Below, one piece after another: positions 25,665 through 38,639 of a stretch of 64,000 nt of DNA. Position 1 is the first letter of the stretch; the number at the start of each line of letters is the position of its first letter. The stretch is taken from contig JANJGN010000003.1 of assembly GCA_026770705.1 (NCBI GenBank), positions 156,178,001 through 156,242,000 on the forward strand, written 5' to 3'. Made by a program: the position numbers and the translations under genes. Below the pieces are notes generated by a model. That model ran no database searches. It was not told where the DNA came from and saw nothing but the letters and a program-made list of their open reading frames with translations. The stretch comes from Isurus oxyrinchus (lineage: Eukaryota).

Positions 25665-27360
25665 CATAGGAACATAGGAGCAGGAGTAAGTCATTCAGCC
25701 CTTTGAGCCTGCTCTGCCATTCAATAAGATCATGGCTGATTTGGTTGTGGTCTCAACTTCACTTTGCAGTCTGCCCACAACCCCAACCCCCCCACCCCCC
25801 CACCCCAACCCTTGACTCCATTGTCTATCAAAATTCTGTCTAACTGTGCCATAAATAAATTTAATGATTCAGCCTCCATTGTTTTCTGAGGAAAAGAATT
25901 TCACAGACTTTGAGAGAAAACATTTCACCTCACCGCCGTCTTAAATGGTAGACCTCTTATTCTTAAACTGGGTCCCTGGTTCTAGTCTCTCCTACAAGTG
26001 GAAACATCCTCCCAGTGCACATCCTATCAAATCCCCTCAGGATTTTATATGTTTTAATATCTATCATTCTTCTAAACGTCAATGAATATAGGCCCAACCC
26101 ATTCAAACTTTCTTCATAAGATAAGCCTCTCATCCCAGACATGAGTCGAGTGAACCTTCTCTGAACTGTTTCTAAAGCAATTATAGGCAGAACAATATGG
26201 ATGGGGATGGGAAGTGGTAGACAAAACCTCCCCCCGCCCCCAACATACCCCAAGCAGTAAAGTTGGCGTGGAACCAACCTGTTCCACACTAGCTTGCTCC
26301 ATACACATAACACACTGCAGGCGGGCTAAATAGGGGCAGTGTGGGATTTCCGCCCCTCACTAGGGAGGAAGTCCCATCCCTCACTGGAGAGGAAACCCTG
26401 CCCTCAGGAACTGCAGGCCAATCAGGCACTGCCGGGACTACAACCAGGAAGAAGAAGAAAGTCCAATGGATTCCAAACACAGGTAAGTCCAGGGTCTTGG
26501 GCAGGTTGCGGGGGTAGGGTCGCTGTCGGTGGGGGCAGGGGGAGGTATGTTCAATGAAGCAGGCTGGTAGGAAAAAGGGGGTGTTCTATCTTAGAGAAGA
26601 CACACCCCCAATCTGCGAAGGGCAGCCCATGAAGGCAGTTTCTCCCCTTCCTTCCCCCACTTTGAAAATATTTTGTAAAAAAGTGCCCACTCCTGCCCGA
26701 CTGCCCAGGCCAACCATTTTATGGTGTGGGCAGCGTATTATTGGGGTCAATTGGCTTTTAAACAAACCCAGTTGACCCTTGCTTATTTATTTAAATATGG
26801 CTGGCATCACTGAATCCTCTGCCACCACGGAATGTGGAGCGCTTGGCTGAAAGCTACATGAGTTCATAAAAAAAAACATATTCACAAAGTACTTTAAAAA
26901 CACAGATTTTCATATTTATATGATGTGTATGCAAACTAACAATTATATACAGAATGCTACCACACTGTTTTATAGCTTTTTTTTTGCTGGCGTCTGGAGT
27001 CAAGTTAATTTTCAGGTGTTAAAATGGGGGTCACATTGGAAAATCATTTAGGAAACACTGCTTTAAGTCATTAATATAATTGTGAATAGATGAGGCTCCA
27101 GCTCTGATCCTTGTGGCACTCAATTAGTCACAGCTTGTCAACTTGAAAATGTCCTGTTTATCTCAATTTTTTGCTTCCTGTCCATAAAGATGCTAATATC
27201 TTACTCCAAATCCGTGAGCCCCTTTTTTGCATATTAACCTTTTGTGTGACATCTTGTCAAATGCCTTTTGGAAATCCAAATATATTACATCTACTGGCTC
27301 CGCTACATACATCCCACTAGTTACATGCTCAAAAACCTCATAAATTTGTCAAAGATGATT
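25665..27360 (-). mobile_element. CR1 LINE fragments (25665-26180 and about 27060-27360) with an intervening GC-rich MITE-like segment
   Basis: CR1 tail (aggaacataggagcaggagtaagtcattcagccc); translation LETVQRRFTRLMSGMRGLSYEE..LGLYSL. Confidence 0.8.
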
Positions 27361-27630
27361 TCTAAGATAATCACTTTTAGAGGACCACGGGAACAAAATT
27401 CTAACACAGCCAAGAAAACCTCTTAACAGTTTGATTTCAAGACTTGAGAAGGTAATGAAAAATTATATGGGCTATCTGGGGACAAATCAATCTCACTCCT
27501 CTCATAGGCCATGTACAAGGCATCTCACTGTGGTCTCTGCCCCACCAAGCAAACTCCTAAATACTAACTCCACTGTTTTGTTGCCTCAAAATGTTAGGTA
27601 GATGGAAGCAGAAGGTTACAAAGAGAGTAA

Positions 27631-28247
27631 GGGCAGAATTTTGCCCTTGTCAGGCAGGCAAGGTGGGCAGGCCCGGGAGTGGTTGCAAAGCCAACTGTTG
27701 CTTGCGATCGGGCCCTGGCATGGATTTCACGCTGGCTGGCCAAATAACGTAAAGTCAGCATGAAAGGTGCACTGCAGTGCTCAGTGCTGCCAGGGTGGGG
27801 GCGGGGAAGTGTGTGCATACGCCGGGGTGCGCGCATTGAAAGCTCCTTGAGGCACAGAGCTGCCTCAGGGAGCTGAAGAATTTTGAAAATAAAAAATAAA
27901 GAATTAAAGAATATTCATTACATGACAGAGTCACATGAGCAGGGATATGTTAGAAATTAGTTTGAAAGTTTTTTATTTTCTTTTAATCACTGGTCAAAGC
28001 CCCGTGGATGAGGTTTCGCGAAAAATCCAAAGGCTGCTTGGCCTTTCCACCTGCGCGCCAACCATAAAGTTGGACAGGCAGCAAAAATTTTCATTTAGTT
28101 AGAATGTTAATGGCCTTAATAGACTTGTTAATTGTCGGTGGGCACGCTGCCAACTCCTGCACAGGCCTGCCAACCGAAATATTGCGCGTCATTTCACACT
28201 CCCTTGGGTCGGGCACACGCCCACCCGACAAGCGCAATATTCTGCCC
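27631..28247. mobile_element. Harbinger MITE family M1
   Basis: GGGCAGAATTTTGC...GCAATATTCTGCCC with TAA/TAA TSD. Confidence 0.9.
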
Positions 28248-28250
28248 TAA

Positions 28251-29005
28251 ATGAATGGCCAAAACTATGACACACAAAGTTAAACATGAGGAAGGACATG
28301 GTCATCCAATTTGGATCAAAAAAACAAATCAGAATATTTCTTAATGATGAGAGACTGGGAGCTCTGGACGATCACGGTGATTTAGATATCCTTATAGACA
28401 AATAACTTAAAACTAGTGCAGAGGTACAAAAAGTAATTAAAAAGTAATTAGAATGTTGGCTTTTATCTCAAGGGGGTTGCAATAAAAAAGTGATAAAATG
28501 TTGTACAAAGCCTTGGTCTGACCCCATTTGGGCTACTGCATCTATGTTGGGCACCAATGTACATCAGGAAATATATACTGTCCTTGGAGGAGATGCAGTG
28601 CAGTTTTACCAGAACAATACCAGGATGTAAGGGGTTAAATCATGGGGACATGTTGCATAAACTTTTACTTCCTTGAGTCTCGAAGGTTGAGTGCGATCTA
28701 ATTGAAATGTTTAAAATGATAAAGAGATTTGATATGGTATATAAGGAGGAACTATCAGGAAGTTTATCATTACACAAACAAGGTAGAAATCTGAAATTTT
28801 CACCTCCACAGAGTTGTGGATGCTGGGTCAAATGAAACTTTCAGGGCTGAGATTAGCTGAAATTGAGATTTTTGTTAGGTAAGAGTATCAAAGAATATGG
28901 AGAAAATGAAGGTAAATGAAGTTGAGGTACAAATCTGCCATTGTCCAATATAATGATGGAACACGTTCTAGGAGCTGAATGGCTTAAACCTGTTCATATG
29001 CTCCT
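28251..29005 (+). mobile_element. Old CR1 LINE 3' fragment
   Basis: Degenerate similarity to 46200-47040, ending gctgaatggcttaaacctgttcatatg. Confidence 0.7.
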
Positions 29006-30429
29006 ATCTCTCCTGCAAAGCTCCATGAAAGTCTAAACATGCCCTTTTAACTATATAATGAGCTGAACAAGTGCTTCCGCAATTATTTTGTCAGCAACCT
29101 TCTTCGCTACAATAATGTGTGTGCAGAGTGCACAACTATGATATCCCCATAAAAGCTGCCTTGATAAGCCAATTAGTCAATTATTGAATTTTCTGTTAAT
29201 TACATGTATTTAACAGATTAGTCTAAAAGCACTGTAATTGGTCACCAAGCACAAGACAATCCCTATGTTTGAGTTTAATATTGATACAAGATGACAATTT
29301 CAGAATGCTTGCCCTGCGTTTCTTTGCCAGCGACGTGCTATTGTAACCATTGGGAGTGCGCAGATCCATTCTATCCAACTGTGCGTTTACACCAAGCCAT
29401 CATCATTATATCTGACTAGCCATGGGTAACTGACAGTCCAGTACTGATGGTAAATCTGTTTTTGTGTTATTTCACACTTGCTGAAATGGTATTTAAACTA
29501 CCCATGTTGTTTTCTTTCATGAGGGACTGCCACTGAAAGCAACAATCGATTATTTTAGTTTACAAAATTGGACCTGTTTTGATGTAAGATGTTCTTGAAA
29601 ATAAATCCAACTCAGAATGTCTAAGTGCATTTGCTGCCTGTATCACTTCTGAATATCTACGAATATACTTTCATCATATCCTTGACATTGCTGTGTTGAT
29701 AGGAGACTCGCCATTTATATAGGCCCTAAAACAAGTTCCTGCGCCAGAGTTTCAGGGATGAAGAAATAATAAAACACACCAAAGAGTGATACATCACACC
29801 ACGCTTAACAGAGGTACACAGTACAAGACAAGATTGATCAATTGTGATAAGATCAAATTCTGCTGAAGGTCATTCTCATGCAATACTAAGTCACTTCCAT
29901 TCACTTCTGAGTGACTTACCTGCCATAAGTTTAAGTGTGTAAAGTAACCTTACCATCAATCATTTTGTGTTAACATGCTAGCTAAAAAGAAATTCCTATT
30001 CTAATCACTCTACATGCTTCATCATACTGAGTACACACATGTGTGTTACAGCATTGGATGCACTGACATCTTTTCACAGATGTGATTGTGTAGTTTTTTT
30101 TTAAAGAATCACTTAGATGTTTTCCATTTCAACTTTTAACACTGTAGTCTCTTTTCCAGTGCCAAAATGGCCTGATAATATTTATTGAGAGTTAGTCTTA
30201 CATAATGTAAATTGTGGGGTGGTGGTTGGATAGAATTTAGAGGATTATGACACCAGATTGGAGTTACAGATTAGCAGATACTGTTTCAGACAAATACAGC
30301 ACTCCTGTATGTACTAAACAACAACACTACCGTTTCAATGATATTTAGATGATTGAAAGTATTCAAGATTAGGGGCCAAGTTTAGGGGGAAATTGTTTTT
30401 TTTTGACAGTCTAAGATCAGGATAGGTCA

Positions 30430-30870
30430 ACAACAGCTGTTGTTTATATAGCAACTTTAAAACTTCCCACGGTGCTTCACAAGAGAGTTTTCAAACAAAA
30501 TTCGATGCCGAGCCACACAAGAAGATATCAGATAGATAAATGGGTAAGTTTTAAGTAAGGTCTTAAAGAAGAAAAATAGGAGGCGAGGTTTAGGGAGCAA
30601 ATTCCATAGCTGGGGGAACAGCTGCCAATGGTGGAGTAATTCAAATTGGGGTTTTGCAAGAAGCCAGAATTGGAAGAGATTGCATAGGGTTCTGGAGTGG
30701 AGGGGATTACAGAGATATGGAGGGGCGGGGCCATGGAGGAATTTGAAAGCAAGGATGAGAATTCCAAAAATGAAATGTTACTGGGTCACCAGACAATGTA
30801 GGTCAGCGAAGAGAGGGGTGATGGGTGAACAGCATTGGTGCAAGTTAGGGGCATCAAAGTTTTGGATGAA
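30430..30870 (-). mobile_element. L2 LINE 3' fragment
   Basis: caacaac..tttatatagca..ttcccacggtgcttcaca..gtttagggagcaaattcca..ggccatggagggaatttgaa; related copies at 36480-36800 and 51850-52650. Confidence 0.65.
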
Positions 30871-30957
30871 CCCAAAAGCAGCTTATTAATGCTAATTCAG
30901 TATAATTATACAAGCAATAACAGGAAAAGATCACTGGGCCAATCAGGCACACTATCC

Positions 30958-32910
30958 TTTTTTTCATTTGTTCGTGGGATGTGGTGTCACTGGCTAGGCC
31001 AGCATATATTACGCATTGCTAATTGCCCTTGAGAAGGTGGTGGTGAGCCGCCTTCTTGAACCACTACAGTCCATGTCATGTAGGAACATTTACAGTGCTG
31101 TTGAGAAGGGAGCTCCAGGATCCTGACAGTGAAGGAATGGCAATATAGTACCAAGTCAGGAAAGTGTGTGGCTTGGAGGGGAGCTTGCAGGTGGTGGAGT
31201 TCCCATGCATCTTTGTCCTTCTGGGTGGTAAAGGTTGTGGGTTTTGTATGGTGCTGTTGAAGGAGCCTTGGTGAATTGCTGCATAGCATCTTGTAGATGG
31301 TACACACTGCTGCCAATGTGTGTTAGTGGTGGAGGGAATGATGCTGGAAGAGGTGTCAATCAAGTGGGCTGCATGTCCTGGATGGTGTTGAAATTTTTGA
31401 ATGTCATTGTACTTGTACTCATCCAGGCAAATGGAGAGTATTCCATCACACTCTCTGCTTATGCCTCGTAGATGGCTGAAAAGTTTTGAGGAGCCAGGTA
31501 AGTTACCTACTGCAGAATTCCCAGCCTCTGACCTGCTCTTATAGCCACAGTATTTATATGGCTGGCCCAGTACAGTTTCTGGTCAATGGTAACCCCCAGG
31601 ATGTTGATAGTGGGGGATTCAGCAATGGTAATGCCATTGAGTGTCAAGGGCTGATGGTTAGATTCTCTCTTATAGTTGATGGTCATTGCCTGGCACTTGT
31701 TTGGCATGAATGTTACTTACCACTTACTGCCTAAGCCTGAATGTTGTCTAGGTCTTGCTGCATATGGACACAGACTGCTTCAGTTACTGAGGAGTTGTGA
31801 ATAGTGTTTAAGATTCTGCAATTATCAAGGGACATCCCAGCTTCTGACCTTATTATGGAGGAAAGGTCATTGATGAAGCTGCTGGAGATGGTTGTGCTGA
31901 GGGCACTACCCTGAGGAAATCCTGCAGTGATGTCCTGGAGCTGAGATGATTGACCTCCAACAAACACAACCATCTTCCTTTGTGCTAGGTATGACTCCAA
32001 CCAGCAGAGAGTTTTCCCCCTGATTCCCATTGACTCCAGTTTTGTTAAGGTCCTTGATGGGCCGCACTTGGTCAATTGCTGCCTTGATGTCAAGGGCAGT
32101 CAATCTCACCTCACCTCTGGAGTTCAGCTCTTTTGTCCATGTTTCAACCAAGGTTGTGATGAGATCAGGAGCTGAGTGGCCCTGAAGGAACCTAAACAGG
32201 GAGTCAGTGAGCAGTTTATTACTGAAGAAGTGCTACTTGATAGCTTCGTCAATGACACCTCCCATATTTTACCGATGATTGAGAGTAAATTGATGGGGCA
32301 GTAATTAGCTGGTTTGGATGTTTCCTTCTTTTTGTGTACAGGAAAATCCTGGACAATTTTCCACATTGTGTGGTAGATGCCAGTGTTGCAGCTGTACTGG
32401 AACAACTTGGCTAGAAGCACAAGTCTTCAGTTCTACTGGTAGAATATTGTCAGGGCCCATAGCCTTTGCAGTATTCAGTGCCTTCAGCTGTTTCTTCATA
32501 TCACATGGAGTGAATCAAAATGGCTGAAGACTGGCACCTGTGATGCTGGGGACCTCAGGAGGAGGCCGAAATAGATCTAACACTCGGCACTTCTGGCTGA
32601 AGATGGCTGCAAATGCTTTCGCCTTATCTTTTGCACTGACGTGTTGGCCTCCCCCATCATTGAGAATGAGGGTGTGTGTGCAGCCTCCCCCTCCAGTGAG
32701 TTGTTTAATTGTCCACCATTCATAACTGGATGTGGCAGGACTTCAGCACTTAGATATGATCCATTGGTTGTAGGATGGCTTAGCTCTGTCCATCACATGC
32801 TGCTTCCAATGCTTGTCACACAAGTAGCCCTGCGTTGTAGCTTCACCAGGTTGACACCTCGTTTTTAGGTACACTTGGTGCTGCTCCTGGCATGCTGTCC
32901 TGCACTCTGC
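30958..32910 (-). mobile_element. LINE-A copy (RT region to 3' end), decayed
   Basis: KAMGPDNI, NYCPINLLSIIGK, LTALDIKAAID and PQGSAL motifs with frameshifts; tail at 30958. Confidence 0.92.
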
Positions 32911-33873
32911 ATTCTATAACTGGATATGTCCTCTTTTCTCAAGAATTTGCTCAATTCCCTTCTGAAGAATTGTTTTGAATCCAATCTTACTATGTGTTTT
33001 GGTAATCTGTCCTAGAGATGATAACTGTGAAAAAAAAATCTCCCTAATCTTTGCTTAAGGACAAGGTCTCTCATCCTACTATTTGTATCCATCTTGTTGA
33101 AATCTAATCACTTCATATTAATAAAGCCAAATATATCTCCTCTAAGCCTATGTTTTTCTAATGAAAATCAGCCCAACTCCTTGAGACTATTCCGATTACT
33201 CAATGCAATTTACAATTACTCCACCTGCTACCATCTGTGTAACATCACAAAATAATTCTCCTGTACCTATCTAATTCAAAGTCTTCAGTCTAGCTCGTAT
33301 CTGTTATGTTTTGCCATTCAAGGATGTCACATCTGTCATACCTCAAAAGTTCCTAAAGCCAACAATTTGTAATCATGACTGGTCCTTGTTTCAGCCAAAC
33401 AATTATCTGCTAATCTACAGCTGAAGAAAAGCTGCTAGAATGAGCTAGTAAATGCCAATGAAGGACAAACTAGCAACAGAGAATTAAGCAATCAAAGCAT
33501 TCAAATTAACAGAAAATGGCCAAATTGCTAAACAATTTTGTGAGATTTTTCTGAGCAGCGTGTCGAAATTTTTACCTACTTCAAAAATACTAGTACATGC
33601 CATAAAAAAATCCATTAAAAATTCAAACCATAAAACTGAACATTTCAGATCCATGTCAATTCTTATGCTGGTCTATTTGTTCAGTCTTGGAAAAATCTTG
33701 AAAATGTTTTCTGTAAGAATGCCTCCTCCGTAGGGAACTTAGATTCAATTTGAAGTACTTGATTGCATCCAATCACAAACACCTCCCGTCTTCATTGTGG
33801 GTCTAGAATGCTGAGAAAAATGACTCCGTTCTGAACTAAAGGGTGCAGTATAACCATAGGATGTATTTCTTAC

Positions 33874-33931
33874 TTATTGACAAGAATATTTGCCAGGTCT
33901 TGCCGTCTTTCAGCCCAACATCCTCACTTCG
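33874..33931 (-). CDS. Possible small internal coding exon of the host gene (RSEDVGLKDGKTWQIFLSI)
   Basis: Pyrimidine tract ctgttttctcggtttttccattgcttgatag, 58 bp open only in phase 0, donor AA|gtaaga. Phase is compatible with exon 38042-38218. No homology evidence. Confidence 0.35.
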
Positions 33932-34274
33932 CTATCAAGCAATGGAAAAACCGAGAAAACAGCAGATTTGATTTTTTTTGTATAAAATGCCAAAACATTG
34001 AAGAGCATGTACTTTTGGACTTACTTAAGTACATAATATGTAAATAACATACTAAGGGATGTTTATTATGTTATTTATATTTATTAGCGCAACTATATGT
34101 TTACTGTTCCAAAGGCATACCAGTTAGTTTCTACTTCCACTCTTTGAACTATTATTCTGATTTCATTTTTACCTACAGTGCACCGGCCTGTGTTTGGGTG
34201 TCTGCAATCCTTGGCATTCCATGAATTTTCCTGATCAGTAATTAAATAAATAGTTGTTTTCCCCACAATACTCA

Positions 34275-34900
34275 CACTATTCTGCTATTGCACCTCTGTG
34301 TAGTCTTTGGCACAATTGACCACACAATTCCCCTTCGAATCCTTTTCTCTATTATCCAGCTGGGTGGAGATGCCCTCTTCAGGGTCTTCTCTCATCAATG
34401 CACTCATAGCCAGAGCATCTCCTGCAGGGGCTTCTCTTTTCACCCCCAAATCGTTAGCTATGAAGTCCCCAAGGATCCGCCCTTATTTTATTTATCCTTC
34501 TTGTCTACATGATGTCAGGCTCCAGCTGCAGGTTGTATCACTCACCACAACTCACAACCCCTCCACGACCTGTCAGTCTGCTTGTCTGACATCTGGTCCT
34601 GGATGAGCCATTATTTTCTCCAGTTAAACATTAGAAAGAATGAAATCACTGTCTTTAGCTCTTGACACAAGCTCTGTTCCCTTGACACTGATTCTAACCT
34701 CCATATCCACTTGTTTCCCTATCTCTGTAATAACCTCTTAACCTTCAACCATACAGGAACTCTGTGTTCCTCTAAGTCTGGTCTCTTGTGCATCGCCCAA
34801 TTCCATTGCATTATTATTGGCAGTCATCTTTTCAGCCGTCTAGGCCTTAAGATCTAAAATCCTTTCCCAGATATCTCTGTGGCATCACCTCACTCTTGAA
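34275..34900 (+). mobile_element. L2 LINE RT/3' fragment (tail resumes at about 36365-36470 after a LINE-A insertion)
   Basis: VFGTIDHTIPL resembles the L2 motif AFDTIDH.ILL; CLSDIWSWMSHYFLQLNIRKNE resembles CLSDI..WM..NFLQLN..KTE. Confidence 0.7.
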
Positions 34901-34904
34901 CTTC

Positions 34905-36363
34905 TAGCTCAAGTTACAACACTGGCATCTACCTGGCAATGGAAATTGCCCAGGTAAGTCCTGAACACAAAAAGCAGGACAAGTCCAACCTGGCCAATTA
35001 CTGCCCCATCAGCCTACTCTCAATCATCAAGAAAATGATGGAAGGGGTCATCAACAGTGCGATCAAGTGGCACTTGCTTAGCAATAAGCTGCTCACTGAT
35101 GCCCAGTTTGGGTTCTGCCAGGGCCACTCAGCTCCTGACCTCATTGCAACCTTGGTTGAAACATGGACAAAAGAGCTAAACTCCAGAGGTGAGGTGAGAA
35201 TGACTGCCTTCGAGATCAAGGCAGCATTTGACCAAGTGTAGCATCAAGGAGCCCTAGCAAAACTGGAGTCAATGGGGATCAGGGGGAAAACTCTCCGCTG
35301 GTTGGAGTCATACCTAGCACAAAGGAAGATGGTTGTGGTTGTTGGAGGTCAATCAACTCAGTTCCAGGACACCACAGCAGGAGTTCCTCAGGGTAGTGTC
35401 CGAGACCCAACCATCTTCAGCTGCTTCATCAATGGCCTTCCTTCCATCATAAGGTCAGAACTGTGGATGTTCACTGATAATTGCACGATATTCAGCACCA
35501 TTCACAACTCGTCAGAATCTGATGTCCATGTCCAAATGCAGCAAGACCTGGGCAACATCCAGGCTTGGGCTGACAAGTGGCAAATAACATTCACGCCACA
35601 CAAGTGCCAGGCAATGACCATCTCCCACAAGACAGAATCCAACCATTGCCCCTTGATGTTCAATGGCATTAGCATCGCTTAACCCCCCCATTATCAACAT
35701 CCTGGGGGTTACCAGTGGCCAGAAACTGAATTGGACTAGCCATATAAATACTGTGGCTACAAGTGGAGGTCAGAGGTTAGGAATCTTGCGGCTAGTAACT
35801 CACCTCCTGACTCCCCAAAGCCTGAGCACCATCTACAAGGCACAAGGCAGGAGTGTGTTGAAACCCTCTCTTGCCTGGATGAGTGCATCTCCAACAACAC
35901 TCAAGAAGCTTGACACCATCCAGGACAAAGCAGCCTGCTTGATTGGTACCCCACCCACAAACATTCATTCCCTCTACAACCGAAGCACAGTGGCAGCAGT
36001 GTGTACTATCTTCAAGATGCACTGGAGGAACTCACCAAGGCTCCTTAGACAGCACCTTCCACACCCAAGACCACTACCATCTAGAAGGACAAGGGCAGCA
36101 GATACAAGGGAACACCACCACCTGCAAATTCCCCTCCAAGTCACTCAACATCCTGACTTGGAAATATATCGCTGTTCCTTCACTGTCGCTGGGTCAAAAT
36201 CCTGGAACTCCTTCCCTTACAGCACTGTGGGTGTACCTACAACATATAGACTACAGCAGTTTAAGAAGGCAGCTCACCACCACCTTCTCAAGGGCAATTA
36301 GGGGTGGGCAATAAATGCTGGCCTAAGCAGCAACGCCCACATCCCATGAATGAAGTTAAAAAA
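34905..36363 (+). mobile_element. LINE-A copy (RT to 3' end)
   Basis: NYCPISLLSII, QFGFCQGHSAPD, GVPQGSV, MFTDNCT; tail with A-run at 36358. Confidence 0.93.
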
Positions 36364-38041
36364 AGCTTTTAATCATCCCTCCTAACAGCTCCTTTCTTGG
36401 CTCGGCATCAACAAGTCTGACTACTTGTCTATGAAGTGCCCTGGGCCCTTTTCCTACATTAAAGGCAGCATCTGAACAAAACAACTACAATTTACATTAC
36501 ATTTCATTCATTGTAATAAAATATCCCAAGATGCTTTACAGCAACATTATCAGACAGAATTTGACACCTAGTCACCTAAGATATTTGAGCAGGAACTGAA
36601 AAACTTGAGCAAAGAGGTAGGTTTTAAGGAGCATCTTAAAGGAGGAGAGGGAAGCAGAGAGACAAAGAGGTTTAGGAAGGTAATACCAGAGCTGAAAACC
36701 TAGTCACCTGAAGGCTAATGGTGATGTGACAAAAACTGGGATGCACAAGAGGCTCAGAGATTTTTGAGGGTTGTAATGCTGAAGGAGATCAGAGACAGGG
36801 AAGGAAGTTGTTGCCATTTTAGAAGCTCTCCTTACTCTATTACGTTTAAGTAGTTATGTAACTGTGGTATATGAAAGAACAATCTCTGTATTTATCTATC
36901 ACAATGAGTAAGAATAATATTTTCAAGTATCAACCAAAAAACATTTACTTCATGGTCTCTAAGCACGTGCACACAAACCTCTTTTGTCAAAAACTATGAT
37001 CACTAGGCCATGTGCTTCATGTAACAGTAGAACATTCAACTCACCATGACCATTGCCCTAATAGATCTACTACATTGTCAAATGACATTTAAAAACTGAC
37101 AAAAGGTGTGTTTATAAATATTGCTGGCAACAATAACAGAACAACATGATTAAAAGCTCAAAGGCTTAACATTTTCATGCAGAATTGCCTGGAAGTATGA
37201 TGGGGAGTTCAGTTATACTTCTTTCCCCAAATTTTCCACAACTCCCAATGCATAATGATCTCTTTAACGTACTCATGATTTGGTCCAGAATGCAACACAT
37301 TTCCCCTACAAATTGGTCCAATTGGTTTAGCAAATCGTTACATCATTTCAAACACAGGCTGGGAAGCAATATCAGTCCTTCTGCAAACATGCAGGTCTAA
37401 TATGCAATAAACAAATGTATGTTTTAATTAACCATATTATTGCACCAGTAACTATTTACACTTTAGTAAGTGCAGCTGGCAATGTTTCTTTGTTAAATGC
37501 ACAGCCTTTTCTGCCACTATTTGTCAAGAAATTAGAAACATATTCCTTTTATTAGCATTTACAATTTCAACACAAATTGAGCATTTAGATCTCTCCAGGA
37601 TACTCTGTAATTGTTGAAGTCTCAAAGGTAAGACAGGAATTTTAAGTTTGCCAGTATCCATAGGAAAACATAAAACCACAGAGAAACAGTTAACACATAA
37701 AAGACCAATCAGAAGCTGGGAATTCTTAAACATGCCAGACAATAGCGTTCACAAAGAAGAGTAGCAGCCTCTAGTGGTGAATCTGTTGTTCTATTGCTTT
37801 TAACCTGGTATCTCAAGATTACAAGCTTAGAATCAATGTTCCTCTGTTAAATTGCATCACTGTACCACAGTCTAATTCAACAGAATAATATCCATTATTA
37901 TCTGAACTTTCCTTATTTTAGTCTTTGCCAGCAAAGGAAGGCCAACATATTTCTTTACTATATTTCTAATTCTGTATTTTAGTCATAGCAATAAAGCATT
38001 CAGTTACAATTTGTAAGGTATTTCCCAATGGGTGTACTTAC

Positions 38042-38218
38042 GGCAGGATGCCCAGGGCAGTAGCTGTAACTGGCATGGGATTGATAGTGAACATTAGCCC
38101 TAGGGTAGGTGTAACTGTTCCAGGCAGACTGGTTGTTGTTCCATTGTGGTGTAAAACCAGGGCTCATGGTGACTCTCGCTTTACTGTTCTGGTATGTTCT
38201 CACTGCAGGGCCTGGCTG
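38042..38218 (-). CDS. Internal coding exon of an unidentified host gene (59 aa, Q/N/Y/S/P-rich)
   Basis: Acceptor ttttattgatccctag|CAG; 177 bp phase 0-0 encoding QPGPAVRTYQNSKARVTMSPGFTPQWNNNQSAWNSYTYPRANVHYQSHASYSYCPGHPA; consensus donor GCC|gtaagt; GC-elevated island within AT-rich unique DNA. Confidence 0.75.
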
Positions 38219-38639
38219 CTAGGGATCAATAAAATTAGAACTGTAAATAGCATTCAGTGCAGCAAATATAAAATACAATTTGCCATCCTTGTGGTCAAAT
38301 AACCAGTATCATAAGTTAACAATTTTAATTCAAGAACACTTTTAATAAGCTAATTTTTCTTAGATTATATTTTGTAATTATGCATTGAAAGACTTTTTGT
38401 GTAATTCTCAACATTTTTTCCATTGTGAAAGTATAGCAATGGAAACCCCATGTATGTTGAATTCTGGTAGGAGATAACTACAGTGCTGAAAGGTGTCGTC
38501 TCTTACCTGAGTACTGTGCTCAGGTAAAAAGTCACTAAAATAACTGTATGCTCCTTGGGCTCAGCCTCATGAATCTGGAAGGAACTTCAGGACGATACCT
38601 TAACTCTCAAGCCTCCAATAATTAAGTCCATTACTTGCA

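Noticed and set aside
38502-38526. Short hairpin TTACCTGAGTAC-T-GTGCTCAGGTAA near the exon
   Set aside because: 12-bp arms with one mismatch; could be chance or a transposon remnant, with no supporting evidence of function.
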